The notes: generated from the letters alone by a model not told the origin. Numbered from the stretch's first letter, positions 10,303 to 23,165 are shown. The stretch: 64,000 nt of DNA from Anolis carolinensis (GCF_035594765.1 NC_085842.1:20994782-21058781); one strand, 5' to 3'. Numbers and translations are program-made.

Positions 10303-12086
10303 TTAAATGGTGTGTATTAATTCTTTGATGTCACGTAAGGGGTCAATGCCAAACGAAAGGGTTTCCATGCCCATCTCCCCAGTGTGCGTTACTCGGTGAC
10401 GAGTGAGGTCCGTCTTCCGAACGAAGCGCTTTCCGCACTCCAAGCACGTGAAGGGCCTCTCCCCGGTGTGAGTGGCTCGATGACGAGTCAAGTCTGTTTT
10501 CCAAACAAAGCTCTTTCCGCACTCCAAGCATTTGAACGGTCTCTCGCCGGTGTGCGTGGCTTGATGACGAGTCAGGTCCGTCTTCCAGACGTAGCACTTC
10601 CCGCACTCCAGACATTTAAAGGGCCTCTCTCCCGTGTGAGTGAGTTCATGGCGAGTGAGGTGCGTCTTCCAACTGAAGCCCTTCCCACACTCCAAACACT
10701 TAAACGGCTTCTCCCCCGTGTGCATCGCTTGATGATTAGTTAGGCTTATCTTCCAAACGAAGGTTCTCCCGCACTCGGCGCACTGAAACGGCCTCTCCCC
10801 GGTGTGCGTTGCTTGGTGATTAGTAAGGCTGACCTTCCAACTGAAGCTCTTGCCACAGTCTGAGCATTTAAATGGTTTCTCCCCTGTGTGTGAGGCTTGG
10901 TGGGAGATGAGTTGCGTCTTCTCACAGAAGCTCTTGTCACACTCTGAACATTTAAATGGCTTCCCTCCTGTGTGCATCGCCTGATGACGAGTGAGGTGTG
11001 TCTTCCAAATGAAGCTCTTTCCACACTCTAAGCATTTGAATGGTCTCTCCCCGGTGTGAATGGCTTGGTGGCGGGTGAGGTGCGTCTTCCGGCTGAAGCT
11101 CTTCCCACACTCCAAACACTCAAACAGTTTCTCCCCGGTGTGCGTGGCCTGGTGACTAGTGAGGCTTATCTTCCAAATGAAGCTTTTCCCACACTCTGAG
11201 CATTTGAACGGCTTCTCTCCCGTGTGTGTAGCTTGATGGCTCGTCAGACTTATCTTACAACTGAAACTCTTGTCGCAATCAGAGCACTTAAACGGTCTGT
11301 CCCCGGTGTGTGTTGTTTGATGGCGGGTGAGGTGCATCTTCCGACCGAAGCTCTTCCCGCACTCCAAACACAGAAACGGCTTCTCCCCCGTGTGAGTTGT
11401 TTGGTGACGAGTGAGGTGTGTCTTCCGGGTGAAGCTCTTTCCACACTCCGAGCACACAAACGGTTTATTTCCTGCATGTGCTGCTTGATGGTGAATGAGG
11501 TTTATTTTCTGTCTGAAATTTTTCCCACAATCCAAGCATTTATACAGCTTCTTTCCTGTATGTGTCGCTTGGTGACTCAAGAGGCTTACTTTCCAAATAA
11601 AGCTCTTTGCACACTCGGAGCATTTAAATGGCCTTTCTTCCGTGTGAGTGACTTGATGACAAGTGAGGTGCGCCTTCCGACTAAAGCTCTTTCCACACTC
11701 CAAGCATTTAAAGGGCTTCTCCACCGTGTGAGCTGCTTGGTGACTGGTGAGGTTTATCTTCCAACTATACCTCTTTCCAAGTGGTTTTGCTTTTGAGTGA
11801 ATCTTTGTAAAACTGGCAATCTTTCTATGATCACCTTTTAAAGGCACCTCCTTTGTCTGTGTTATGAGGTCAGGATCAAAGTTGGCTATGCACGGGAAGC
11901 CTCTCTCAGCCTCTTCCTGAAGTAAGAGTCCACAAATATCACCACTTTGAACATCAGGAGCTTGATTCCAACTTAACTCTTCCAGCTCACTTTTTCTTCC
12001 TTGTTTGTTCATCTCTTCTCTTCTAGGTCTTTGAAATGAAGTCCCACATGCTTCTTCTCCATTCTCATTCTCTTCTCCATCTCCAC
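10303..12086 (-). CDS. Gene B terminal exon: 16 C2H2 zinc fingers plus one degenerate finger
   Basis: Tandem CxxC-x12-HxxxH units with TGEKP/TGERP linkers. Phase-1 acceptor ctcttttgaag|GTGGAGAT, TAA at 10303-10305. Confidence 0.95.
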
Positions 12087-12120
12087 CTTCAAAAGAGAGA
12101 AACAAATAAGGTAAACATAT

Positions 12121-12428
12121 AGGTAAAAGGTAAAGTGACATTAAGTTTAGTCGTGTCCGACTCTGGGCGTTGGTGCTCATCTCCATTTCTAATCTGAAGA
12201 GCTGGTGTTGTCCATAGACACCTCCAAGGTCATGTGGCTGGCATGAATGCATGGAGCGCTGTTATCTTCCCACCGGAGCGGTACCTATTGATCTACTCAC
12301 ATTTGCATGTTTTTGAACTGCTAGGTTGGCAGAAGCTGGGGCTAACAGCGGGAGCTCACTTTGCTCCCTGAACTTGGTCAGCAAGTTAAGCAGCTCAGCG
12401 GTTTAATCCGCTGCACCACCTGGGTCTT
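12121..12428 (-). mobile_element. Sauria-type SINE
   Basis: Family match. TSD TAAGGTAAACATAT of about 14 bp. Lies about 35 bp from the ZF-exon acceptor. Confidence 0.88.
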
Positions 12429-12794
12429 CTTAAGGTAAACATATTAACATTTGTTATAAGTACTGTATATACCAGGCATGGGCAAAGTTCAGCCCCCCAG
12501 GTGTTTTGGACTTCAACTCTCACAATTCCTAACAGTCGGTAGGTTGTTAGGAATTGTGGGAGTTGGAGTCCAAAATACCTAGAGGGCCCAAGTTTGCCCA
12601 TGCCTGCTTTATATTGTAGAATGAATGCAGTTTGATCTCACATCGACAGCAAAAACCCCCCAGAAGGTTCCAATATTAAAAAGTACATGGATGATGATGA
12701 CTCAGCCCACTTTAATACATGAATAAAATGTCAGATCTTTTTTTTTTAAAGGTACATAAATGGATTTGACCAACCACATAAAAGAGGGACTTAC

Positions 12795-12915
12795 GCAGCG
12801 AGGACACAATCCCCATATTCTCCATCATCACATTCCAGTGAAGGGCTCTCTGCCCCGGGCCCAGGAGGGTCCATTCTTCCTCAGTGAAATCCACAGCCAC
12901 CTCTTTGAAGGTCAC
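12795..12915 (-). CDS. Gene B KRAB-A exon
   Basis: [40 protein letters not shown]. 121 nt, acceptor tttcaaag| (phase 0), donor |GTAAGT (phase 1). Confidence 0.92.
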
Positions 12916-13097
12916 CTTTGAAAAAGGAAGAAATATTACGCATATGTAATCAGGAAATCATAGAATGAATTAATGATTTTCTTCCCTAATCTTCTTCCTG
13001 GAGCAACTTCATTTCATTCCTTTCTCTACCAATGTTTATGCTTTTCCTTAAATTCACATTCTGTGACTGTTTTGTTTCCCCAGACTGTTTGCATATA

Positions 13098-13404
13098 CAG
13101 TAGAGTCTCACTTATCCAAGACTCGCTTATCCAAGGTTCTGGATTATCCAAGGCATTTTTGTAGTCAATGTTTTCAATATATCGTGATATTTTGGTGCTA
13201 AATTAGTAAATACTGTAATTACAACATAACATTACTGCGTATTGAACTACTTTTTTTGTCAAATATGTTGTATAACATGATGTTTTGGTGCTTAATTTGT
13301 AAAATCATAACCTAATTTGATGTTTAATAGGCTTTTCTTTAACCCCTCCTTATTATCCAAGGTTCTGCCAACCCCTTTTAGCTTGGATAAGTGAGACTCC
13401 ACTG
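13098..13404. mobile_element. CAGTAGAGTCTC-family MITE
   Basis: TIRs and TA TSD. Confidence 0.9.
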
Positions 13405-13912
13405 TATTCCTTTCAGCTTTAGAGTTGATTTCAGTTCCAACTAGAAGAGACCCCAACGACCATCCAGTCCAACCCCATTCTGCTAGGCAGAAACACACAA
13501 TCAAAGCTCTCCCAACAGATGTCTATTAACCTCTGCTTAAAAACTGCTGGAGAAGGAGACTACACCGCACTCCAGATAAACAATCCCATTGTTGAATAGC
13601 ACTTACTGCCAGGAAGGTCTTCCTAATGTTTAGGTGAGAAACTCTTTTCCTACAGTTTGGATCCACTGCTCTATTTCTGACTTTTGGGAGCAGCAGAAAA
13701 CAAGTCTGACTCCAATTGCAATATGAACAGCCTTTCAAATATTTAAACATGAACTTTCTCTTCTGGAGGCGAAGCTCTGTGCCAGCCCCAATTAGAAATT
13801 TGGGGATGTGACAAGGATCTAAAATTGTACACCATGGTTCTAAGAGAGAGAGAAGGAGAAAGAGAAAGATGGGAATGATATCAAGATGAGGGAAAAGCAA
13901 AGCAACATGAAC

Positions 13913-13998
13913 CTGATCCAATTTTGAAGAAGCTGGTCTGAATCCATCATAATGAAGAGATGTAGGAGTACTTAAAGACCAGAGCTTTGTCCCAGCTC
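13913..13998 (-). CDS. Gene B linker exon 3
   Basis: Acceptor ttgttcctcacag|, 86 nt open (GAGTKLW...SKLDQ), phase 1 to 0, donor CAG|GTTCAT. Phases fit both neighbours. Confidence 0.75.
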
Positions 13999-14834
13999 CT
14001 GTGAGGAACAAAAAGGGGAGCATTGTTTACCATTTTCTCTCTTATTTTAAGAGAACAAGCTTATATTTTTCTGCTGTTCCAGAGATGATACCACAGAGCA
14101 ACAGATTCAAACACTGTGAAAAGAGATTCCACCTAAATATTAGGAAGCACCTCCTGAGGTTAAGAGCTGTTTGGCCAGGGAATATGGGACTCTAGTGGAG
14201 TCTCCTTCTCTGGAGTTAATATTTATTTTATTTATTATTTATTTATTACATCACTTCTACCCCGCCCTTCTCACCCATCAGGGGACTCAGGGCGGCTTAC
14301 AATATAAACATACACATTAAAAAAACAGTTTTCATCAAATTTAAAAATCCATCAAGATTAAAAATTACAATAAAATTAAGAATATACATTAAAAATATAC
14401 ATAATTATACATAGCATTGAGCCCTGGCTATTAAATTAGAGATGACATCCTTCAAATAGGAGCTCTAGGTGTTCCTGAAGCAGCTTCCCCTTTTGCTTTG
14501 CCTCAAGAATAAGATTACTGTATTATGCGAATCTAATGCACACCCTAATTTTGGTAAAGGGATTCAGCCAAAAAGGGGTGGGGATTAGGTTTGAGTAAAT
14601 ATGGTGTTAAAACTTAAGTGTATGAATAGCATAGTGTGTCATGCAACTAATCCTCATTCTTTCCCTCCAATCTGAAGCTATTGTTGTGTTCCTTTTGGTA
14701 GTAAGTTATTTTTCTTGCAAGTGGTGTGTAAATGTTCCATTATTAAGATGCATTTTAATATGTTAGTGAAGCTTGAGTTTGAGTGCATGTTAGAACTCTG
14801 CCTTTCAACGAAGTCTTTATTTTTCTGTTACCAG

Positions 14835-14980
14835 GTTGTCAGCATGCCATGGGCCTGTCCAATGGCAAGGCAAAAGTCTGCAGCTACAGTGGATGGTACT
14901 ATTGCAGTTTCTGTCACGTGGACGACAACTTTCTTATTCCTGCCCGGCTGGTTCATAACTGGGACACTTCAAAATACAAG
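14835..14980 (+). pseudogene. PLEKHM3: Isolated PLEKHM3-like exon (Rubicon-homology/DUF4206 zinc-binding region)
   Basis: [49 protein letters not shown], recognised from memory as PLEKHM3. Acceptor ttttctgttaccag| and donor AAG|GTGTGG are intact. No other PLEKHM3 exon seen in the window. Confidence 0.78.
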
Positions 14981-15287
14981 GTGTGGGCTCATTTCATGGT
15001 AACACCACCCAGAACCCCTTCTTGTTGCTCTTGGTGGGAGATAAAAGTATAAAAAGAGCAAGAGTAGCCAATCTTTACCCTTTCCAAGAATTATAGTTTT
15101 GCAAGGCCTTCAACCTTCTCTGCCAAAAAAACCCCTCTTTAGAGCCATTAAACCATAAAGTCATAAGAGAACTCCAGGGCCCAACCCCATTCTGCCACAC
15201 AGGAAGACACAATCAAAGCACTCCTGACAGATGGCTATCCAGCCTCTGCTTAAAATCATCCAGTTGAAAACCTTCTTTAGCCCTTAC

Positions 15288-15381
15288 CCACTGCATTGGG
15301 TGCTCTGTCCCTATCTTGCTTGATCCACGTGGTCTTGGAAGGAGACTTCTCCACCTTAGCTATTTCATCAACAAGACAATC
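15288..15381 (-). CDS. Gene B linker exon 2
   Basis: Long polypyrimidine acceptor ...ctgttatag|, 94 nt open (DCLVDEIAKVEKSPSKTTWIKQDRDRAPNAV), phase 0 to 1, donor |GTAAGG. Confidence 0.8.
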
Positions 15382-15740
15382 CTATAACAGAAAGAGAGAG
15401 AAGAAATAGAGGAGAGTTAGTAAAAGGACATAAGGTGACAAAGGTCCACAAGTGCCATCTTCACTCTGGATGGTTCCCAGGGGGAAAAAAAGGAAATTGG
15501 TCTAGAGAGGTGTTTTTCAAACTGTGCTTCTCTAGATGTTTTAGACTTCAGCTCCCACAATTCATAACAGCTGGAAAGCTGGTAGGGATTTCTGGGAGTT
15601 GAAGTCCAAAACATCTGGAGGAGCACAATTTGAGAAACACTAGTCTAGAGTTTTATTGTTGCTGCGTGTCCTTATGTCCAATTTAGCTCATGGCAACCCT
15701 TCGAGGAGATGGAGGCGGGGTATAAGAAATTAATAACAAC

Positions 15741-15773
<33 letters not shown>

Positions 15774-16031
15774 CTATTGTTTATTTAGCAAGATATTATT
15801 CAGAAGCCTGGCATTCCCTTTCCCTGGGGATGGGTGTGTGACTTTTTCAAGATCACTCTGTGGCATTCTCCCAGAGTTGTAGTCTATGTTGTCCAACATT
15901 CAAGCCAATATAATATGCTGTCTTCTTAGCCTGCAGTCCTACAATGGTATTACAGTCTGTGCATCCCTTTTCTGAAATATTTGGGAGCAGAAATATCTTG
16001 GGATTTCAGAGATTTTTCAGATTTTGGAATA

Positions 16032-16358
16032 CAGTGTTCCTTCACTTATCTGCGGTTAGGTTCCAGGACCACCCGCAATAAGTGAAAATCCACAAAGTAG
16101 GGACACTATATATTTATACATTATTTTAGTAGTTATACACTTTTTAAAGTCTTTATCAACCAATCGTGTGTTGATAAATCGCCTCCTTCTCCCGTTGCCG
16201 CTTGGGCTCCTTTTCTCTCCCTTTGGCTTCTCCTTCCTCCCTCCCTTAGGCTGCAAATTGTAATTTTTTATGATTCATAATATTCTTTTAGAGTTTATTG
16301 AAAACCACAAAACAGCGAATCCGCAAAAAGTGAACCACGAAGTAGTGAGGGAACATTG
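16032..16358. mobile_element. Tc1/pogo-type MITE (CAGTGTTCCCTCACT family) nested in an older Tigger-like MITE
   Basis: TIRs and TA TSD. A second copy in the opposite orientation lies at 54951-55296. Confidence 0.8.
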
Positions 16359-16746
16359 TACCTGTATTTGCATTAAAAGTACAAGCTCCTTATCCAGATT
16401 AGATATCCAGTTTCACCTTTCCGTGCTCCAACCCCGCCCCCCCTCAGAAGTGTTTATGGATCCCTCTAGGTCAGCTTGGGCCCTCCAAGTGTTTTGGATT
16501 TCAGCTCCCAAAATTCCTAACAGCAGGTAAGGCCCAAGTTTGCCCATGCCTAGTATGGACTATACAATAATTTACAGCTCGTTTCTTTTTGCATCTGTCT
16601 GTCCTAAAGACACTGAGACAATCACCAAAGAGTCCATGACTCAGTAGATCCTAAAACTAAGCAAATACTGGGTGGCCCTGAGGTCCTTTCCAACTAAAAG
16701 TCTTCATTCCTTGTCTTGTGAAATGAATGGAATGAAACCCTCTCAC

Positions 16747-17187
16747 CTGCTGCTCTTCCGATTTTGTGACCTCAGCACAACTCAGAAGGAAGCCCTCGGC
16801 CAGGGCCACTGCCTGGGCCGTGTTTTCGGCTCCACTCTCTCGGATCCAACTCTCTATCTCTGGAGGAAGGATAGCCAGGAACTGCTCCAGGATCACTAAA
16901 TCCAACATCTGAGCCTTGGTGTGTGATTCTGGGTCCAGCCACAGGCAGCAGAGAAAGTGGAGCTGGTTGCAAATGTCTCGGGGTTTCAAAGGCTCCCTGT
17001 AGCCAAACTGTCGGAAGTGCTGGCGCCAAGTATCTGAAGTGAGTGCACTGTCCTGAATGCTCTTCTCCTTCATGGTTCTTCTGAAGAATTCTTCTCTGTA
17101 TTTCACCTGAACAGCATGAAGGCCACTGCGGCAAGCCAAGTCTTGATCTTGCATCTTTGATCTGTTTTTCCACACTGTTTCCAACAT
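16747..17187 (-). CDS. Gene B first coding exon (SCAN domain)
   Basis: [57 protein letters not shown]. Phase-0 donor CAG|GTGAGA. The five exons sum to 2526 nt, i.e. 841 aa plus stop. Confidence 0.9.
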
Positions 17188-17566
17188 GGGTAGGAAGCAG
17201 TATTTTTTGTCAGATATTTGACTTAGAAAAGTAAAATTAGCAAAATTACGAAGGCATCAAGATCTAAAAAAGAAAAAAAAATGATGCTTGATAAACAAGT
17301 GGCTCTGAATGGATGGCCCTTGCAGTATCATCTAACTCTATGAAGAACCTTTTGTGACATTGAGTTGCTTCACAATCAAACTGAACACAATTACTAACAC
17401 CTGAGGGAGAAATCTGGGAGGGAATTATTATTATTTATTATTATTATCATGTTTATTTAATAACAAGGAGACTCAAGTTTGTAGAAGCTGTGAAAAGATC
17501 CTCGAGGCTCTCAATCCCTAGTTGCTGTTGCACAAGCTACCTACCAGATATAGATATAGATAAAGA

Positions 17567-17935
17567 CTAGCCAGGGGACCCGGCGGTGCCCGGGTTATTA
17601 GAAGAAGGCACTATTTGTGTTGGGATGTTAGGAAGTATCACTTAAGTTTGGTCCAGATCTGTCGTTGGCTGGGTTCAGTGCTGAACTACAACTTCCAGAT
17701 TCCCAGGACAATCACCCCCAAGCTGCACCAGGGTGTAAAATGGGTCATGGGGGTTCTGTGTGCCAAATTTGATCCAGTTCCATCACTGGTGGCCATTGCA
17801 GTGGTGTGTGGGAGCCAAAGTGATTTAAAGTACTGCAGATCTCATTATCCGTGGTCCATTCTCCCCAAACAGCACCAGGACGTAAAGTGGGTCATAGGAG
17901 TCATGTGTGCTAAATTGGGCCAGGTCCATCATTCA
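17567..17935 (-). mobile_element. Non-autonomous Helitron 3' portion
   Basis: Minus strand ends CCCGGGCACCGCCGGG (hairpin)...GGCTAG(T), with internal degenerate repeats. Confidence 0.65.
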
Positions 17936-17939
17936 TAGC

Positions 17940-18560
17940 TACACGAATATCTCAGAATATTTCAAGATAATCCATACAGCAATGAGACTATAGCAGCAGG
18001 CCAAAAATTATCTACAGCCATAACTAATGCTAAGGAAGACCACTAGATAAAGGTGCTTGACAATCTAGATATGTCCACGAGTAGTCAAGGCAATTGCTGA
18101 GATGCTTGGATAGTGACCCTCTAGTCAATTGTGGACATGCAAACCTAACACCAGACCAGATAGCACACAAGCTAATTCAGAATGGGAAAACCAAGTGGAG
18201 CAGAATAAAGATGAATATCAACAGGGTGCCAGAACTTGAAACCTACCAGTTGTCATCTCCTTTAAACCTGAAAGAACCCAGAGACGCTATTAAGCAATGT
18301 AAAACTGGTAAAGCACCTGGCCCAGATGAGTTAATGATGGAGCAAATCAAACACTTGGGCTGAAAATTGTGCATAAACTATCACATATTCAAGGCATGAA
18401 TAAATTGCAATCTTTCACATTTTGGACATATAGTTGTTTATATGCAGTTTATCCAATTTATCATAACCAGTTTTCAGCTTTGGGGCCCAAGTGTTTGATT
18501 TGCTTCACCATTAAGTTATCTAGGCCAGGTGCTTTACCAGTTTTATATCGTTTTTTTGCT
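17940..18560 (+). mobile_element. Vingi/Ingi-like LINE fragment with an inverted duplicate piece
   Basis: DAIKQCKTGKAPGPD pre-RT motif. 18468-18555 is the reverse complement of about 18285-18366. Confidence 0.6.
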
Positions 18561-19434
18561 GCCAGAGGCAATTGCTTCACTTGGCCTAAGAGTGGCAGTG
18601 TTCCTCCAAGCCTTTAAAAACTCATGGCATTCTGAAGTGGATGTTACTGAGAGGTTACTGTAAGACATCAGAGCAACGCAAGAACAAGCCACATGCATAT
18701 CCTCAACTTCAAAACTCATCTCTTTTCACACACACCACCCCCACCTTCACCTTTGTAGGACTGCATCTTCAAAGCGCTTTGAGAAACACCTTTCAAGAAA
18801 GATGGAATAATTCCTCTTAACCCAGTGTTTCTCAAACTCTGCTCCTCCACACATTTTGAACTCCAGCTCCCAGAAATCCCAGCCAGCTTACCAGCTGTTA
18901 GGAATTGTGGGATCTGAAGTCCAAAACATCTGGAGGAGCAGAGTTTGAGAAACACTGCAAACCCATAAATAAACATTGCTGAAGATGGAGGTCTGTGGGG
19001 TTTTTGCCCTTCCTCAGTCCATGGCTGTGTATCTCCCTCTCCTTCCCCACTTCCACCCTCTTTCAGTGGCAGCCTCTGGGGTCTTCTCCTTGGTCCTGAG
19101 GGTCTGGCAGCCCTGAAGGCGGTATCCAGTTTGTTCTGGAGGACTGATAGTCCTGGGGTTCATCTGGTCACCCCTGTGAGAATCTCCCTCGTAATCCCAG
19201 TATTGTGAAAGGCTTGTGGTCTCCCATTTAGGTCTTGGGGAGTCTTCATCTTGACCTTGGAAGTCCGGCAACCCCAGGGAGGGGGTCTCTTTCTGAGTCT
19301 TGAGGTTATGCAGAATAGAGGAGAGTCTGCTCTTTCCTCCTGGGGGGTCTGAAAGCCTGGAAAATGTCTCCTCCTTGATCTTGGGGGCCAGGAGTTCTTG
19401 GGAGTGTTTCCTTCTAGGAATCTATCAGCCCTGG

Positions 19435-20052
19435 TAATAATAATAATAATAATAAAACTTTATTTATACCCCGCCACCATCTCCCCAATGGGGACTCGGG
19501 GCGGCTTACATGGGGCCATGCCCAGACACCATACAATATAACAAAATAAACAGCAAATCATAACACAATATAACAGTGCAAAATCATCATATATATATTA
19601 CAACACAAATTGGAGAAAACAATAAAAACCAGGGCAGGCCACATGAACACTTAATTAAAAACTCGGGAGAGAGAGACATAGGAATAAGGGAACAGGGATA
19701 TAAAATGGTGAAGCAGTCTAAAGGATAAAATCCAAGGGGAATAACCAGAGTAATATATTACATTTACTCCCCAAAGGCACATCGGAAAAGCCATGTTTTT
19801 AGATCTTTCTTAAAGGCTAACAAGGTGGGGGCTTGCCTAATCTCAGTGGGCAATGAATTCCACAGTCGGGGGGCCACAGCAGAAAAGGCCCTCTCCCTCG
19901 TTCCCACAAGACGGGCCTGGGACAAAGGCAGTGGCGAAAGGAAGGCCTCCCCGGATGAACGAAGGGAACGAGCAGGTTTATGGTAGGAGATACGGTCACT
20001 AAGGTAGGTGGGTCCCAAACCGTTTAGGGCTTTATAGATGATGGTCTGCACC
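19435..20052 (-). mobile_element. L2-clade LINE 3' end
   Basis: YKALNGLGPTYL...RAFSAVAPRLWNSLP...FKKDLKTWLF, then 3' stem-loop tail and (TTA)n. Confidence 0.88.
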
Positions 20053-20199
20053 TATGTGTGTAGGGGAAGCAGCCAGGCCCTGAAGCTGCAAGGCTATTCA
20101 ATGCTAATCAAGGTTGCCAATTGTAACATTCACACTTGCGTCAAGCAATCTGTGAACATTATTCCACAGATATATAAACCCCACTTGAAGATCTGAAGG

Positions 20200-20397
20200 T
20201 TGGCAGTTCAAATCTGTGAGACGGGCTGAGCTCCTGACTGTCAGCCCCAGCTTCCATGTGAGGACATGAGAGAAGCCTCCCACAGGATGGTAACACATCC
20301 AGGCATGTCCTGAGCAACGTCTCTGTAGACAGCTGATTCTCTCACACCAGAAACGACTTGCAGTATATTCTCAATTCGCTTCTGACATGATAAAAAA
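20200..20397 (+). mobile_element. SINE with tRNA-like head remnant and Vingi-like 3' end
   Basis: Head resembles the other SINEs. The tail cgcttctgacatgataaaa is shared with 44935-44955. Confidence 0.5.
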
Positions 20398-20479
20398 TAC
20401 ATACATTATTTATTATTACAAGCATTTATATTCCGCCCTCCTCACCCCCGAGGGGGGACTCAGGGCGGCTTTATAATTA

Positions 20480-20803
20480 CAGTAGAGTTTCCCTTATCCA
20501 AGACTCGCTTATCCAAGGTTCTGGATTATCCAATGCATTTTGGTAGTCAATGTTTTCAATATATTGTGATATTTTGGTGCTAAATTCGTAAATACAGTAA
20601 TTACAACATAACATTACTGTGTATTGAACTACTTTTTTCTCTCAAATTTGTGGTATAACATGATGTTTTGGTGCTTAATTTGTAAAATCATAACCTAATT
20701 TGATGTTTAATAGGCTTTTCCTTAATCCTTCCTTATTATCCAAGATATTCACTTATCCAAGCTTCTGCCGGCCCGTTTAGCTTGGATAAGTGAGACTCTA
20801 CTA
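20480..20803. mobile_element. CAGTAGAGTCTC-family MITE
   Basis: TIRs and TA flanks. Confidence 0.88.
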
Positions 20804-20944
20804 TATTTATTTATTATTACAAGCATTTATATTCTGCCCTTCTCACCCCAAGGGGGGACTCAGGGTGGTCTTACAATTAGCATCATTACACACTGAACAA
20901 ACCAATATAAGACACAATATATAAAAACAATTACAGTTAAAATA

Positions 20945-21400
20945 AATAAACCCCACTTGCCTAGTTTCCAACAGACTTCATAATCTCTGAGGATGCCTGC
21001 CATAGATGTGGATGAAACATCAGGAGAGCATGCTTCTGGAACATAGTCATACAGCCCAGAAAACTTGCAGTAACCCAATCAAGTGTCAGTTAACACCTCC
21101 CAAACAGAGGATGCTTTCAGGCAACAGAGGCCAGGCCACCTCTATGCAGATACCCTCACTGATTGACTTTGCAGCTTCATAGCTACTCAATGCTATTCAA
21201 GCTTGCCAAATTGCAACATTTACATTTGCTTCAAACAGACAGGGGCTCTTTCTCCCACCCTGGACATTATTCCACAGATAAGATTGATAGATATATACAC
21301 TCCACTTGCCTCACTTCCACCAGAACCTCTGAAGATGCCGGCCACAGGTGTAGGTGAAACGTCAGGAGAGAATGCAGCTGGAACATGACCATACAGCCCA
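20945..21400 (+). mobile_element. Two tandem Penelope-like 3' fragments
   Basis: Similar to 48500-48781. Confidence 0.75.
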
Positions 21401-22322
21401 GTCTATTTTGTTCTGGGGGGGTCTTCTATTTAGCTATGGGGTTCTGACATTGTTGGGGGGTCTCTCCTTTGATTTGGAGGGTCTTTTGAGCCCTGGGACC
21501 CCTTTGTGCAGGGGCCTAGCCATCCATCCAACTCTCCTCCTTGGCCTTGTCACCAGACAAGAGGGTCCCTTTTTTCCCTCCAAAACCATGGGAGGTTCAC
21601 CCCACCCCCTTGGAAGGAGAAGCCCTATTCTCTCTCCTTGGCCCCTTCCATACAGCTGTATAAAAGCCACATTGAACTGGATGATATGGCAGTGTGGACT
21701 CAGATAATCCACACATTATATATTCTGCGTTATATGTCTCTCTCTACCTTCCTGGCAGCCATGCCTTGGGTTTCTGCCCCGCCCCTTCCGCCTCTGCTTG
21801 GATGTCACTCTTCCTTAGAGAAGAGCTCTGGACTTCAGCTCCCAGAGTTCTTAGCTATTGGCCAAGGTGGCTGAGGCTTCTGGGAGTTGAAGTCCCAAGT
21901 CCTGGAAGCACACAGCATGGATCTCAGGAGGAATGGGCATTTCAGAGACTTGGTTTCAATTGGTGCCTTACCAATCTACGGCTCCCATTGGGTCAGGGCA
22001 GTTAAAGTGGTGCCAAACTGCGTTAATTCTACAGTGTAGATCAGGCATGGGCCAACTTGGCGTTTTGGACTTCAACTCCCACAATTCCTGGCCTCAGGCC
22101 CCTTCCTTTCCCCCCTCATGCCTGATTACTCTCCCCTGAGGCTGAGAGAGTTTGACTTGTACAGGTTATCCAATGCTTTCCTTTTTACAATAACTTTATT
22201 CACTTCAAAAAACAACCTAAAATGCAATTTCTTTAGACATAGAATACTAAAAACTACAGAATTACATTAATATTAGCAATAAATTACAATAAAATAGCAA
22301 TATTTTATTATTCTTAATACTA

Positions 22323-22645
22323 CAGTAGAGTCTCGCTTATCCAACACTCACTTATCCAATGTTCTGGATTATCCAACACATTTTTGTAGTCAATGTTTTC
22401 AATGCATTGTGATATTTTGGTGCTAAATTCATAAATACAGTAATTACTACATAGCATTAATGTGTAATGAACTGCCTTTTCTGTCAAATTTGTTGTATAA
22501 CATGATGTTTTGGTGCTTAATTTGTAAAATCATAACCTATTTTGATGTTTAATAGGCTATTTCTTAATCTCTCCTTATTATCCAATATATACGCTTATCC
22601 AACGTTCTGCCGGCCCGTTTATGTTGGATAACTGAGACTCTACTG
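22323..22645. mobile_element. CAGTAGAGTCTC-family MITE
   Basis: TIRs and TA TSD. Confidence 0.9.
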
Positions 22646-22837
22646 TATCTACAACTGCAAGACTACAATTAAACGAATATTTAAAGTAATAACGCAAAAA
22701 GACAGGCATAAAAACAAGTGGGTTTCCATGGCTGAGCAAGGATTTGTATCCTGTCTTCCTGCTATTACACTACACAGTTCTATGCCATCTCAACCTTTTG
22801 GGGTCATTGTGTATTTTGGAAATGTATTCCTAGCATA

Positions 22838-23165
22838 TGGGTCTACGGTGGTGCAGCAGACTAAACCACTAAGCTGCAAAACTTGCTGACCGGAAAGTCT
22901 GCGGTTCAAATCCACAGGACAGGGCAAGTTCCCATTGTTGGCTCCGGCTTCTGCCAACCTAGCAGTCCGAAAACATGCAAATGTGAGTACATCAATAGGT
23001 ACTGCTCCGGCAGGAAGGAAACGACGCTCCATGCAGTCCTGCCGGTCACAATACCTTGGAGGTGTCTACGGACAACGCCAGCTCTTCAGCTTAGAAATAG
23101 AGATGAGCACCAACCCCCAGTCAGACTCGACTAGACTTAATGTCAAGGGGAAAACTTTACCTTTA
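22838..23165 (+). mobile_element. Sauria-type SINE
   Basis: Family match. Confidence 0.88.

Noticed and set aside
10343-11796. Overlapping antisense or alternative-frame ORFs over ZF and SCAN exons (also 27000-28155, 49652-50718, 56659-57513)
   Set aside because: These are shadow ORFs produced by periodic, GC-rich coding sequence.
19014-19430. Possible coding exon in GC-richer sequence upstream of gene B (also 21410-21800)
   Set aside because: No recognisable domain or convincing splice-site pair. It may be promoter-proximal sequence (GC box at about 21777) but this cannot be supported.
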